DNA from: Octopus vulgaris
Lineage: Eukaryota
Assembly: GCA_951406725.2 (NCBI GenBank)
Contig: OX597829.1
Span: 14,632,001 to 14,696,000 of the forward strand
Reading direction: 5' to 3'
DNA: 64,000 bases
Shown here: positions 1 through 16,160 of the stretch, piece after piece
How positions within the stretch are numbered: the first letter of the stretch is position 1
Layout of the letters: the number at the start of each line of letters is the position of its first letter
Program-made: the position numbers and the translations under genes
The notes under the pieces: model-generated
Seen by the model: the letters and a program-made list of their open reading frames with translations, nothing else
Database searches by the model: none
What the model was told of the DNA's origin: nothing

Positions 1-537
1 CGTCCGTCTTTACACACATCCGTCACCGCCATCGCTATCGCCTTCCGCCCAGAGCGTCGCGTCAACACGCGGGCTTGAGTCACCAGTTCGCTCAGCGCCA
101 GCTTTTTAATCCCGGCAATCGTTGTAGGTGAATCCCTACATCGTCGGGGAACCCATTTACGAAAGTCAGTCGCGTCGCACCGCTCTCTCCAGCCCTTCTG
201 CCAGCCAGCGTCGCCAACCTTCTAACTTCTGCCGCATACTCGTCCACTTGCCCCTCCCCGTCCACTGAATCGTACCCAGCTTAGCAAAAGCTGTGTATTC
301 ACATTCTGTGTAGGCATCCTGCAATCGTTGCTCTATCTTTTCCTCGCTCAGGCGTTCCTCCTCCTCCATCTCAAGCGTTAACGCGCTCCCTTCTAAATAC
401 AGCGCCATAAGACTTGCCACATCGCTTATACCTTGCAGTCTTGCCACCAGCCTGATTTTCCGCATCCATGCCACTACATCGCCTTCGCCATTAAAGGGTC
501 TGATGATGTCGCTGGCGATCCTGATTTTCGCAGACAT
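1..537 (-). mobile_element. Ty3/Gypsy-like LTR retrotransposon gag, frameshifted, runs off window start
   Basis: ORF 166-537 (IIRPFNGEGDVVAWMRK...ASLMALYLEGSAL) continues in another frame as FVNGFPDDVGIHLQRLPGLKKLALSELVTQARVL; GC-rich against background. Confidence 0.75.
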
Positions 538-572
538 CGTGGTGACGACTTACGTGGAATGCCGAAATAGCT

Positions 573-852
573 TGTGGTGTGTGCAAGATAGTTGATAAAT
601 AAAGGCACCTACCTTCTCTTCGCTCTGATAGAGACCCTTCAGTGGTAACGGATCCTTCATCACAGCCCCGACCCGAACGCTAAAGATAGCAGCTGCTTCA
701 CCCAACCTTAGCAACGTCTTCACACGTCTTAACACCTCGATGACCCTCGTTGGAAAAGCCGAATTCACCGCTCCCTGCGCACGCCTGACGGCTGCACCTT
801 CCGGTTGCCCCAGCTTCCGGTCAACGCACCCAGCTGCTGACGTCATCCAACA
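573..852 (-). mobile_element. Probable 5' LTR of the Gypsy-like element
   Basis: Minus strand starts TGTTGG and ends CCACA (TG...CA) just upstream of the gag ATG; abuts a TA microsatellite. Confidence 0.6.
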
Positions 853-855
853 GTA

Positions 856-907
<52 letters not shown>

Positions 908-922
908 GATATAGATATATAC

Positions 923-971
<49 letters not shown>

Positions 972-1049
972 GTAGAAATATGTTTTGAAAAAAACATATA
1001 AAATATACGTGCAAGTGTAAGGGTAAAATAAGAAAATAAATTAAATAGA

Positions 1050-1133
1050 GATGGCCGCAGTCGAATGACTGAAACAAATAAAATAAACCAATAAAGTATA
1101 TACATACACATATACATGCACATATATATATTT

Positions 1134-1165
<32 letters not shown>

Positions 1166-1528
1166 ATACATACATATGTATATACATATATATATATGTA
1201 TATACATACATATGTATATATACACATATATACATATCAACGAAAATGCATATTGCATGTATAAAAAGACTATTTATGATAGGTAGTGACAAAAATATAC
1301 ATTTTGAGTATTACGAGTCAAAAAGGTCATTATTATTGAAGGTTATAAGAAGTTAATAATAATAATAAAAAGGTAAGGGACTGAAACGAACCAATTGGTT
1401 TTCACGTTAGCTGTTCATCGTTTGAATAACACTGGTTAGTAGACGGTGTCAGGTCTAATAGTTCCTGAGAGAAAATATTATTTGTAAGGAAGGTAAGTAG
1501 TTCTGGATTATATGTATAAGGGAGGTAA
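1050..1528 (-). repeat. Inverted copy of 3180-3629 (PLE 3' end plus downstream flank)
   Basis: Direct reverse-complement match, e.g. agacggtgtcaggtctaatagttcctgag / ctcaggaactattagacctgacaccgtct and gagtattacgagtcaaaaaggtca / tgacctttttgactcgtaatactc. Confidence 0.95.
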
Positions 1529-3410
1529 TGTCCCTCCACCTACTGACCTCAAACTCAGACCCATCATAGCTGGCCCTTCTTGTGAAACCCACCGTTTGAG
1601 CAACTTCCTCGACATATTACTCAAACCTCTTTTAAAATATGTGAAAAGTTTTATCAGGGATGACCTAGACATGCTGAACCACCTCCCGAAGACAGTAAAG
1701 GACGGAATACTACTGGTATCTTTCGATGTGGTGAATCTATACACCAATATCCCACACGACTATGGTATAGAAGCAATCACATTTTGGCTAGAAAAATACC
1801 CAGAAGAGATCCCAGGACGAATTAACCACAATTTTATAATTGAAGCATTGAAATTCGTACTGCTGAACAATCACTTCTTGTTCGATACTACTTACTATCG
1901 ACAAAAATGCGGTATTGCAATGGGCCCCAGAGCTGCTCCAGTGGTTGCAAACCTCGTAATGGGTTACCACGAACTCAAGTTATACCAATCATCACTAGAA
2001 AAATATGGCGCCTCTTTCAATTACTACTTAAAGGAGAACTGGAAGAGATATTTAGATTATTGCTTCATACTTTGGCAAGATAGCATGGATCAACTCCTTG
2101 ATTTTAAAAGAATGCTCAACAACATACACAGCAATATACAATTCACTATGGAACACAACAGACATCTTAATTAGAATAGTTAACAACCACATAGAAACAG
2201 ACATCTTTTATAAACCCACAGACTCTAAACAATACCTATTATTTAACTCTTGCCACCCCAAACACATAACAATCAACATACCCTTTAACCTAGCAAAAAG
2301 AATCTGCACCATAGTTTCCGATACATGCACTCGTGAACATAGACTCCTTGAACTTAGATCAACACTAACTAAAAGACACTACCCCATCTCATTAGTAAAT
2401 GAAGGCATCAAAAGAGCTAAGGGAATAGATATACAAAGATTAAGGAAAACTAGCCGAAATACTAAACAAGACTTAAAAATACTCCCGTACATCTCCACAC
2501 ATAACCCCAGAAATAACGAAGCCTTCAACACCATCACCCAAAACCTCCCCATCCTCACAGCCGACAAAACAATGAACGAAATTTTAAGCGCATATAAAAT
2601 TATAAAAAGCAAAGAGCAACCGAAGTCACTGAAAAGAATACTAACCAGCGCTAGACTTTATCCACTAACTACTGAACCAAAAGTGACAAAATGTGGACGT
2701 TCCAACTGTGGAACATGCCCCCACCTTCTGGAGGGTTCAGAATTCCAATTCAAACAAGGAAAAATATTTAAGATCAAATCAAATTTCACCTGCGCCTCGG
2801 CAAATGTAATCTATGTGATGACATGCATAGGATGCGGTAAACTCTATATTGGACAAACAGGAATTTCGCTCCGTCAAAGAATCACCATTCACAAAGAGCA
2901 AATCCGCCACACACAATACAGACAGTTAAAGGTGAGTGAACACATAGAAAGATGTGCCAGGAATCTTAATCCCAATTTCCAAATATTTCCCTTTTACCAA
3001 TGTTCACAGAACACCACAATGCAACAAAGGTTGAATAAAGAGGCATTTTCATCAATAAATTTCTCCCCCAACTAAATGTGAACACACAACTCAATACAGA
3101 ACACCACTAACTCTTCAATTTAAACCACTAAACCCTATTCACTTTCTACATCACTCACATTTCTAATTCCTGAACTACTTACCTCTCTTATACATATAAT
3201 CCAGAACTACTTACCTCCCTTACAAATAATCTTTCCTCTCAGGAACTATTAGACCTGACACCGTCTACTAACCGGTGTTATTCAAGCGATGAACAGCTAA
3301 TATTCAATGACCTTTTTGACCTTTTTGACTCGTAATACTCAAAATGTATATTTTTGTCACTACCTATCATAAATAGTCTTTTTATACATGCAATATGCAT
3401 TTTCGTTGAT
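1512..3410 (+). mobile_element. 5'-truncated Penelope-like element (Neptune-like), RT + GIY-YIG endonuclease, inactivated
   Basis: LRPIIAG, LLVSFDVVNLYTNIP, GIAMG, WKRYLDY (YxDD mutated), FYKPTD; linker CGRSNCGTC; NVIYVMTC..C..LYIGQTG; frameshift near 2160. Confidence 0.93.
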
Positions 3411-3482
3411 ATGTATATATGTGTATATATACATATGTATGTATATACATATATATATATATGTATATACATATGTATGTAT

Positions 3483-3552
<70 letters not shown>

Positions 3553-3592
3553 TATATGTGCATGTATATGTGTATGTATATACTTTATTGGT

Positions 3593-3973
3593 TTATTTTA
3601 TTTGTTTCAGTCATTCGACTACGGCCATCCTGGATCACTGTTTTTAGTCGAACAACTTGACCCCAGGAGTTATTCTTCGTAAGCCTAGTACTTATTTTAT
3701 CGTTCTCTTATGTCGAACCGCTAATTTACGGGGACATACACACACCAACATTGCTTGTGAAGCGATGGTGGAGGAACCTACACAGGCACATATACAAACA
3801 CATATATATACGACGGGCTTCTTTCAGTTTCCGTCTATGAAATCCACTCACTATGCTTTGGTTGGCTCGAGGCTATAGTAGAAGATACTTGTCCAAAGTA
3901 CCACGCAGTGGGACTGAACCTGGAAACATGTGGCTGATAAGCAAGCTACTTACCACACGGCCACTCTTACGCC
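3593..3973 (-). mobile_element. tRNA-derived SINE family A
   Basis: Reverse complement of the full copy at 29221-29650. Confidence 0.85.
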
Positions 3974-3992
3974 TATAAATAAATGTATAAAT

Positions 3993-4027
<35 letters not shown>

Positions 4028-4035
4028 CATACATA

Positions 4036-5207
4036 CAGGGTTGGAATAAATAATGGAAACACCTAGTATCATAGCATCATAATTTTGATATATCTATAAA
4101 ACTATCAAAAGCTTGGTTATGTATATGTTTTGTGATTTATAATTAGCGTTGCTTTATATGTTTTGCTAAAATTGCTGTTTCTTTTCAGATATTATCAGAA
4201 AAAGCTAATTCAAATTCATTAAAATTACAGATATATCAGAATTTCAAAGAGGTCAAATTGTTGGTGCCCGCATAGCAGGCGCTAGCGTAAATAAAACAGC
4301 TGGAATGTTTGGTCTATCAAGAAGTAGTGTCTCGAAAGTAATGACAGCCTTCGAGAATGAGGGAAAAAAACCTCATCGAAACAAAACTTTCAGATAGGGA
4401 CCGTCGGTTTTTTATGCGAATTGTCAGAAAGGATCACGAATGGAGGAAAGCTGCACAAAGCCGGATTTCACGGAAGGGCTTCAATCAAAAATCCACTGCT
4501 TTCAAAAACAACCGTTGCAAAGTGTTCGGAGTGGAGTAAAATCCTACAGAATTGGTCCCTAGAGCAGTGGAAGAATCTTATTTTCTCGGACGAGTCATCC
4601 TTTACCTTATTTCTAACCACCAGCCGAGTGTACGTGTGGAGACAGCCAAAAGAAGCATTTGACCTAGACTGCCTTCTTCCAATTGTTAAACATGGAGGAG
4701 AATCTGTGATGATCTGGTAGTTGGGGGCTATGTCTTGGAAATCTGCCGGCCCAATGGTTTCCCTTCATGGCAGAATAAATAGTCAAGACTATTTAAACAT
4801 TTTATCTGATCAAATTCATTCCTGTGATTGCAGAACTGTTTCTGGAGGGAAACGCAATCTTTTAGGATGATAATGCACCAATTCACACAGCTAAAGTTGT
4901 TACTGAATGACACGAGGAACATTCTAGTGAAGTTGAACATCTTATCTGGCCACCACAGTCCCTAGATGGTGCATTTTAGAAAAACAAGTAAGGAGTCGAT
5001 TTCGTCCACCATCATCACTACAAGAACTAGAGATTGTTTTAACAACTGAAGAATGGAAAAAAATTCCTTTGGAAACATTTCAAACTGTATACGAGTCCAT
5101 ACCTCGAAGAATTCAAGCTATAATTACTGCCAAAGTCGGCCCTGCCTCATATTAAAATAAAGTTGCTTGAAATTTTAAGTTGTTTCCATTATTTTGTCCA
5201 ACACCTG
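4036..5207 (+). mobile_element. Tc1-family DNA transposon, both ends present, transposase degraded
   Basis: TA-flanked TIRs cagggttggaataaataatggaaaca / tgtttccattattttgtccaacacctg; DISEFQRGQIVGARIAGAS, WKNLIFSDESSF, VKHGGESVMIW, DDNAPIH. Confidence 0.92.
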
Positions 5208-5319
5208 TAGATATGTATATATATATATGTATGTATATATATATATATATGTATGTATGTATATACATATGTGTATGTATATAAGTATGTGTATGTATAT
5301 ATGTATATGTGTATATGTG

Positions 5320-5358
<39 letters not shown>

Positions 5359-5873
5359 TATATATGAGTGTGTGTGTGTGTGTATGCGTATCTATGTAAG
5401 TATGTATATATGCACGCATATTTGTATATGTATATATATATATATATATATACATATATATTCATACGTATGTATGTATATATAAATGTATGTATATATG
5501 TATACATATGCACATATAGATCATATATATGCATACATACACACAGACACACATATATGCGTGATGGTACTTAGAAAAGGAAAGGGCACTCAATACATTT
5601 AGTCGTATATATTATTTATATAATTTGTTTCTATCCCCTGCTTAATCAATCTTCTTAAGCCCTCAAGGCGAGCCCTTCAACCATTTTATTGCCGATTTGT
5701 TAGATCTTTGTAAATCTCATTACATTATGTATCTACATTGTATACAATATAGTTTTGTTTTACTTTATACATATTCCTCCTCTAAAAGTTTCTATACTGT
5801 ATCTTGCCTATATAGTATATACACTCTTGAGGCTGATTGTTAACAAAATTTCTTAAAAATCTTAGTTAATGCT

Positions 5874-5874
<1 letters not shown>

Positions 5875-5956
<82 letters not shown>

Positions 5957-5982
5957 GTCTCAATCAATCAATCAATCAATCA

Positions 5983-6063
<81 letters not shown>

Positions 6064-6445
6064 AATAATTTTATCTATCCATATATCTATCTCTCTGGCT
6101 ATCTCTAACAGATAGATAGGCGAAAAGAGAGAAAGACAGAGAATGTTAGAGGGTGCATAATAGGGTAAATCTTTAAAATCATATGTTTATATATGTATAC
6201 ATCCACCCACCACATACACGTATATACACACGTACATACATACATTCATACATACATACATACATACATACATACATACATACATACATACATACATACA
6301 TACATACATACATACATACATACATACATACATACATACATACACACATACATACATACATACATACATACATACATACATACATACATACATACATACA
6401 TGCATACTTACATACATACATATATATATATACACACACACACGT
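5875..6445. repeat. (TATC)n and (TACA)n microsatellites
   Basis: Direct inspection. Confidence 0.95.
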
Positions 6446-8551
6446 ATGTTATATTAATGTCGATAATGCATAACTTGGCACATGTATAACGATTCGATTT
6501 ACCCTTCAAATCTGTCTATATACTTGCATATATATACATAAACGTACGCACACATACACGTCTCCATACACATACGTAGGTATTTGTTTGTATGTGAACC
6601 TTCACACACATACTCACTCGTACACACACACATATATATATTGAAATGTTTTCACATACATATACACATATGTAAATGTATACACATACATTATATGTGC
6701 ATACATATTGAAATGATTTTCCTATTATCTATTACGTAATGATCTGGAACGCATGTCTTAAACACTTTTTGTTCTCAAAACATGACTTCTTTAGCTCAGT
6801 CCGTTTCACCGCAACGTCTTTGACAAGTTTCTTCTATATGTTCCCAGTGAGATCAAAACTTTGCGAGTGGATTTTGTGTAGCCACTGGAACAATAAGTAC
6901 ACTTCTTGAAAAAAATACGTACTGGGGCCGATTTGTTGGACAAATCACAACCTTCAGTGCAGAAACTCCAGTTTGGCCACATAGCAATGACTGTTAACAA
7001 TTCAAGCATAAAGTATAAAATGTATGCGAGACGTAGTCAAACTATTTGAAAGTAATTGTAGATTGTATAACAAAGGAAACATTGGTATCAGCGAGGGTTA
7101 TTTCGATTGCTTTCAAAGAAGGGCATAAACACTCAAGAAAAAGAGATTTTCTTTATGTGCAGTGATATAATAAAGAAAGAGATTGAGTGAAAAATACTGT
7201 AAGAAATGTATATTTAAATAGCTGAAACGGTAAAACGTGACTGATGAGAAAATCAGAGTGAAACTTTAAAAGACATTACAGAAGAAATAACGCAAAAAAT
7301 TGCGCAAAAAATAGCGAAAGAATGGCGGAAAATAACCTTCTGATGGTCAATATACTGGCTGACTCAACTGGACAGGACAAAGAGGAGGGGGAATAGAATA
7401 TAAAATTTATCAAAGGAATTAATACTGTACATTACGACAATATCGATACAAACGGTAAATCTAGTGTTAGTTGCTTAAGATCGATTGTAACCACAAAATT
7501 TCCCGAAAAGAAAAAAAAAACTAACGATGGAAGATGCTGACATTAACTTAAGCTATGTGATGAATATAAAGAAAGAATCGACTGCATTATTTCCGTCTGA
7601 CCATATCTTGAAGAAAAATCGGTAGAACTTTTTTTTATAGATATTCACGGAGATGTTGTTTCAACTAGTGGAATTAATACAGATACTTTCCGTTACAAAC
7701 TTAAAATGAATGACATTAGAATACGCACCAAGTAGATTGCTTGGTGTATGACTCGATATGATGACTGGACTGTTTTGTCTGTTCTATGAATTGTATGTGA
7801 GAGACTAGACATGTTTTCCTAGCTTCCATGCATCGTATATGATACACATTATAATTTTTCATAAAAAAACCAGAGTAACTTGGGATTTATGAAAGAAAGC
7901 TTTCTATTACTCAGAAAGCATGAAATAAGGGCTAACTAAAAGTCTAGCCAATTCTTGTAAAGGTAGAATATGTTATAGATATTTACAGGCATGTAGATGC
8001 ATCCACTGGGAATTAATACAGACACTTTCCATTTCAAACTTAAAAGTTGATTGCTTGGTATATGCCATAATATAATGACTAGACTCTGAGTTAAATTTAT
8101 CAAGACGAATATGAAAATGTGGGCCTTCCAGATATTATTTTATAAATATGTAAAGAGAAATAACACTGTATAACAAAATTTTTCGTTGCCTTTGGTTAGT
8201 AAGTGTTTTCAAACTGATATATTTTCCATTATATTTCAGACAGATTCAGCACTGAGTCGCTGAAGCAGAAATATCATTATAGCAAATATTCTGCTCAATA
8301 CCACAAATTTGTCAGTGGCATGAACTTAACTACTTGAGCATATCCCTTAGTGGCTGACATTACGGTCATCTCTGATCACTAGCAGGAGTATTGGGAGGGC
8401 ATCGTAGCCATGTGTTGAGTGGGATTCTTTGGTGTTTGAATAAAAGTAACAAAAGCTAATTTTGAAGGAAATATTAGGCATTTTTCATGCTTTCTAGGAG
8501 TAAACAAGTTAGAAATAGCAGTTGTTACCCAAAATCGTATTACACAATGTA

Positions 8552-8771
8552 ATACTTATTTCTTTACTATCCACAAGGGGCAAACAAGGACAGACAAACG
8601 GATTAAGTCGATTACATCGACCCCAGTGCGTAATTGGTACTTAATTTATCGACACCGAAAGGATGAAAGGCAAAGACGACCTCGGCGGAATTTGAACTCA
8701 GACCGTAACGGCAGACGAAATACCGCTAAGCATTTCGCCCGGCGTGCTAACGTTTCTGCCAGCTCGCCGCC
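8552..8771 (-). mobile_element. SINE family C (Meta/MESC-type core) with TSD
   Basis: Matches the ggcggcgagctggcagaaacgttagc...gtcgactttgcctttcatcctttc family; flanks acacaatgtaatact / acacagtgtaatact. Confidence 0.88.
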
Positions 8772-8954
8772 AAACACAGTGTAATACTGTTAATGCTGTG
8801 ATCTCAAGAAAGGGTATGAAACGTTCGGTTCATCACTTGACGTCGATGATTTGAATCTGACTTAGACATTTTAGTATTTCCCTGGTCCTCCATTTACCGA
8901 TATACATACATATATACATACACACACACACACACTCACAAACATACACGTGTG

Positions 8955-9320
8955 TTTTGAGTTTGTCTCAACGGCACTTGACAACTATAATTGGTTTGTT
9001 TATGTCCCGCTAAATTGCCAGTTCGTCAAAGGAAACCAAAATGTATATAGGAATATAAAGCTGACGTAAAAATGAATACGACGAAATACATACCAAGTTG
9101 ATTGCTTGGTATATGCCACAATATAATGAATAGACTCCGAGTTAAATTTATCAAGACGGATATGAAAATGTGGGCCTTCCAGATATTATTTTATAAATAT
9201 GTAAAGAGAAATAACACTGTATAACAAAATTTTTCGTTGCCTTTGAATACGACGAAACCCTTCAAGGTGTTGATAAAGCATGGCCTGCTGTAGTCCAATG
9301 ACTGACAAGTAAAAGATGAA
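8955..9320 (+). mobile_element. Decayed SINE A 3' half interrupted by a local duplication
   Basis: cttgacaact...tttatgtccc and cccttcaagg...gcatggcc...aatgactgacaagtaaaaga; insert at about 9087-9243. Confidence 0.6.
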
Positions 9321-9654
9321 AGAAGTCAACTTGGGACTGTGACACACGACAAATGCTCCCCCAAACACATTTATTGTTACTAAGGTCGAATGGGGGCTAG
9401 ATCCGAAACTGCATAGGCATTATAAACCCCAGAGCAGACGATCTTCGTACCATTAATTCACCAATTATTAATTGTTCTAAATGCTCAAACTTAACCCTTG
9501 TGAAATTCTACATGTAATTACAGCACACTTTAATGTTCCACAATTACGATTTCAAAGAAAAACAGTTGAAAGATTCCTGCATATGAAAAACAAAATGCCT
9601 TAATTGAGATTTAAGTGGTTTTATTGTCCTCGAGAGGATGTGTTACAATAGCTT

Positions 9655-11085
<1,431 letters not shown>

Positions 11086-11261
11086 AACAGCATTTGATAC
11101 AATGGGTGAATACAACATACTATGGTCTTCAATTTTGTGGTATAACGGTCCTGTATTATTCAACAATATACATACATATGTATTTATATAAATATGTTTG
11201 TGAGTGCGTGTGTGTGCTGTGTGTATTACTTCTGTTGAATGTTAATAGAAATATACATATA

Positions 11262-11638
11262 GGCGCAGGAGTGGGTGTGTGGTAAGTAGCTTTCTTACCA
11301 ACCACATGGTTTCAGGTTCAGTCCCACTGAGTGGCACCTTGGGCAAGTGTCTTCTACTATAGCCTCGGGTCGACCAAAACCTTGTGAGTGGATCTGGTAG
11401 ACGGAAACTGAAAGAAACCTGTCGTATACACATGTATATATATATATATACATATATATGTATATATATTTATGTGTCTGTGATTGTCCATCCACCTTCA
11501 CTTAACCGATGTTGTTGAGCTTACGTCCCCGCAAACTAGCGGTTCGGCTAAGCAGATCCATAGAATAAGTACTAAGCTTACAAAGAATAAATCCTGGGGT
11601 TGATTTGTCCGACTAAATGACTGAAACAAATAAAAGAA
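11262..11638 (+). mobile_element. SINE family A
   Basis: ggcgcaggagtgggtgtgtggtaagtagc...ggttcagtcccactg...aatgactgaaacaaataaaaga. Confidence 0.88.
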
Positions 11639-11661
11639 TATATATATATATATATAAATAA

Positions 11662-11716
<55 letters not shown>

Positions 11717-12089
11717 CATGGGCATGGTTGAATGGTGAAAATGTTCGCTTTACATGGTTCCGGGTTCATTCCCACTATGTTGCACAAGTGTCCCGTACAA
11801 TATTCCCGGTTCAACCCGGGCCTTGTGCATCTATTTGGTTGGTGAAAACTGGGTAGAAAACCGGGATAAAATCAGATTATATCATTTGGTCTCTACGGAG
11901 GTTTCACAGTTGTGGAGCTCGAAACTCTCCAGTAGAACACGTGTATATAACTGTGAAAACAAAATCAGTGACAGGTTCGCTTCCTTCGACTAAAACCCTT
12001 GATGGCTCTGCTCTTTGACGAAACTCCTCTGGACGGTGCTCCTGCATGGCTGCAGTCTAATGATTTGGAACAAGTAAAAGGTACATGAT

Positions 12090-12607
12090 ACATGCTTCTC
12101 AACCACGTGTTCCGGGATCAGTTCCACTTCTTGACACGTTGGGCGTGTTTCTTCAACTATAACCTCGGGCCCACCAAAGTCTTGTGAGTGGATTTGGTTG
12201 ATGGAAACCGAACGAAGCCATCGTATATGTCTATGTGTATGTGTCTTTGTGGATATCCCCTCATCACTGTTCACACTGCTCTTGTCAGAATACCTTCCGT
12301 GGACCGTGCCTCTGCTCTTTCTCCTCGTACCTGTCCGCCGTAGCCCGTCTCCCGTTTTCTCTCACCTCCACCCCCACCCTGCTCCTCCAACGGACCATAT
12401 ACGAAGAGGAGATGTCCCCATCTCTTCTTGACAACCGAGGTTGTTGTCTTTATGTCTCTGTAATCTAGCAGTTCGGAAAAAAGGACCGATACAATAAGCA
12501 CTAAGCTTTAAAAATGTCCTGGGATAGATTGGTTCGACTAAAACCTTTCAAGTCGATGCTTCAGCATGGCCACAGACAAATGAATGAAACAAGTAAAAGA
12601 ATAAAAA
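12090..12607 (+). mobile_element. SINE family A carrying an internal PLE-derived insert
   Basis: SINE body on both sides; 12249-12385 matches 13490-13628. Confidence 0.8.
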
Positions 12608-12833
12608 ATGTGTATATACACACACATAAAGTTATGCAAACCGGTTTTGTATTTTAACGAGGAACAACACAAGCATCTATTGTATGTGTTTATCTGATAG
12701 TGTCTGGATGAAGTCCTCTAAATATGATCAAGACTTGCTTGTTCATGTTTTCATAAATCCATATTTGATTCACCAATTCCAAGCATGCTGGTCCATTGTT
12801 ACTCACAAGTAGCTATACATTCTGAACTTCATG

Positions 12834-12880
<47 letters not shown>

Positions 12881-13159
12881 CGTATGTATGTATGTATGTA
12901 TATGTGTATCAATGCATGTATGTATCCATTTATGAATCCATTCATGTATCTTTCCATATACATACGCACACACACACACACATACACACACACATATATA
13001 TATATATATTTATCTATCTATCTATATATATATATTTATTTATATGGGAGGGCTAACGAGAATGATCCCCAACTATGCGAACCTGTTCGTTTGCTACATT
13101 CAGGCCCTAGTATTTTCATGATTCACTGGTCCCACTCCCGAACTATACGGTCGTTATAT

Positions 13160-13689
13160 TGATGACTGTATTGGTGCGACCTCACTCTCCCAAGAACAAC
13201 TAGATTCCTTCCTCTCTTTTTTCTAATCCTTCCATCCTGCCCTCGAATTCTCCAGCCCCATTTCCAACACGTCTGTCGCCATCCTTGACATTTCGGTCAA
13301 CCTACACAACTCCGCTCTCACTACTTCCATCCACTACAAACACACTTACTCACACTCACACTTCCCCTACCCCACCCACATCAAGCTCTCCATCCCCTAA
13401 TCCCTACTTCTCCGTCTGCGCAGGCTCTGGCGATGACAACCAGGACTTTGAGACTCAGTCTCAATTCATGGCTCGCCACTTCATCCTTCGTGGATATCCC
13501 CTTATCTCTGTTCGCACTGCCCTTGTCAGAATACCTTCCGTGGACCGTGCCTCTGCTCTTTCTCCTCGCACCTGTCCGCCGTAGCCCGTCTCCCGTTTCC
13601 CCTCACCTCCACACCTCAACCCTGCCCCCCTACCCCGCACCAACACACCATTTTCCGAACCTTACGGCAACTCCAGTCCGATCCCTCAC

Positions 13690-13690
<1 letters not shown>
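13160..13690 (+). mobile_element. Penelope-like RT/thumb fragment
   Basis: LDISV...TTSIHYK..HSH...FETQSQFMARHFILRGYP; related to 31080-31440. Confidence 0.75.
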
Positions 13691-14790
<1,100 letters not shown>

Positions 14791-15159
14791 ATGTATGTAT
14801 GTATGTATGTATGTATATGTATTATGTATGTATATGTATGTATATGTATATATATATGTATATGTATGTATGCACCTATGTCTCTATGTATCCCTGTGTG
14901 TAAATTCTCCAGTAGCAGTTGTATTTAACTTTGAACAAAATCAGTCCTGAGGTCGATAGTGACGCTCTGGTTTATGAGTTCCAAAATTTTGAACAATCTG
15001 GAACAGCCTCTTAACTTGAATAATGTGGAACAGCCTCTTAACCACTACTGTTCCCAGGTTTTCTCTGACCCAGAATGATATCACTTTCCAGGTTCCCATC
15101 TCTCTCTCGTTCTCTCTCTCGCTCTCTCTCTCACTATATATATATATATATATATATAA

Positions 15160-15595
15160 TTGTCACAAAATTTGACTAAAGGTGTTAGGACACCTACATT
15201 TCTAGAAATGTGAGCTAAAACGTTCTAATGCTGTTGTTAAAGCACATAATTTTATGCATGTGTACTGACACGGGCTATAATCGCCCGAAAACACCATCGA
15301 GAATTCCTTATACTGATCGATCAGCTTCGACTATTTTCGTAACCTCATCAGTAAGGACCGCTTGATTCGGCTGATTCCGGACTTAATTCTCTATCAGTAT
15401 GGAGTAATTCTCTATCAGCATTAGAGATCTTTTTTAGCTTTTATGTATATTAATGTAGGTCTTCTAATACCCTTATTCACATTTAGTGACGTTTATAGTT
15501 TTCCTTTTTCGTAACACATTGCGCACGGCCGTCCATATTAATGTTTTTTCATAAACATTAGCGATTCGCTGAATCATCCATAGATTTTTATGGTG
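15160..15595 (-). mobile_element. Probable PLE pseudo-LTR remnant containing an HHR
   Basis: Unique block next to a TA microsatellite that carries the HHR at 15305-15357; boundaries approximate. Confidence 0.5.
15305..15357 (-). ncRNA. Type I hammerhead ribozyme (GAAA->GAAG variant)
   Basis: tcctta CTGATGA ggtta-cgaaaa-tagtc GAAG ctgatcgatcag TA taagga. Confidence 0.75.
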
Positions 15596-15737
15596 AATGC
15601 ATATACGTCTTGCATATACATGTCAGTAATAAAGTAAATATATGTATATAAACAGAACTGGTGAACTTGAACAAGCAAATACGGTTGTAACGTCTAGTTT
15701 GAAAATATTATCATTCATGTAATACATACAAACATAT

Positions 15738-16160
<423 letters not shown>

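Noticed and set aside
1384-1423. HHR-like motif in the inverted PLE arm (aaacg atgaaca...gaaa accaattggt tcgttt, minus strand)
   Set aside because: Core differs from CUGANGA at two positions; at best a decayed ribozyme
7000-8200. Possible piggyBac relic (ASMH...KKPE-like words)
   Set aside because: Too decayed; no TIRs, TTAA ends or catalytic motifs confirmed
14999-15043. tggaacagcctcttaac repeated with a short spacer (CRISPR-like)
   Set aside because: Only two units in eukaryotic DNA; a simple microduplication
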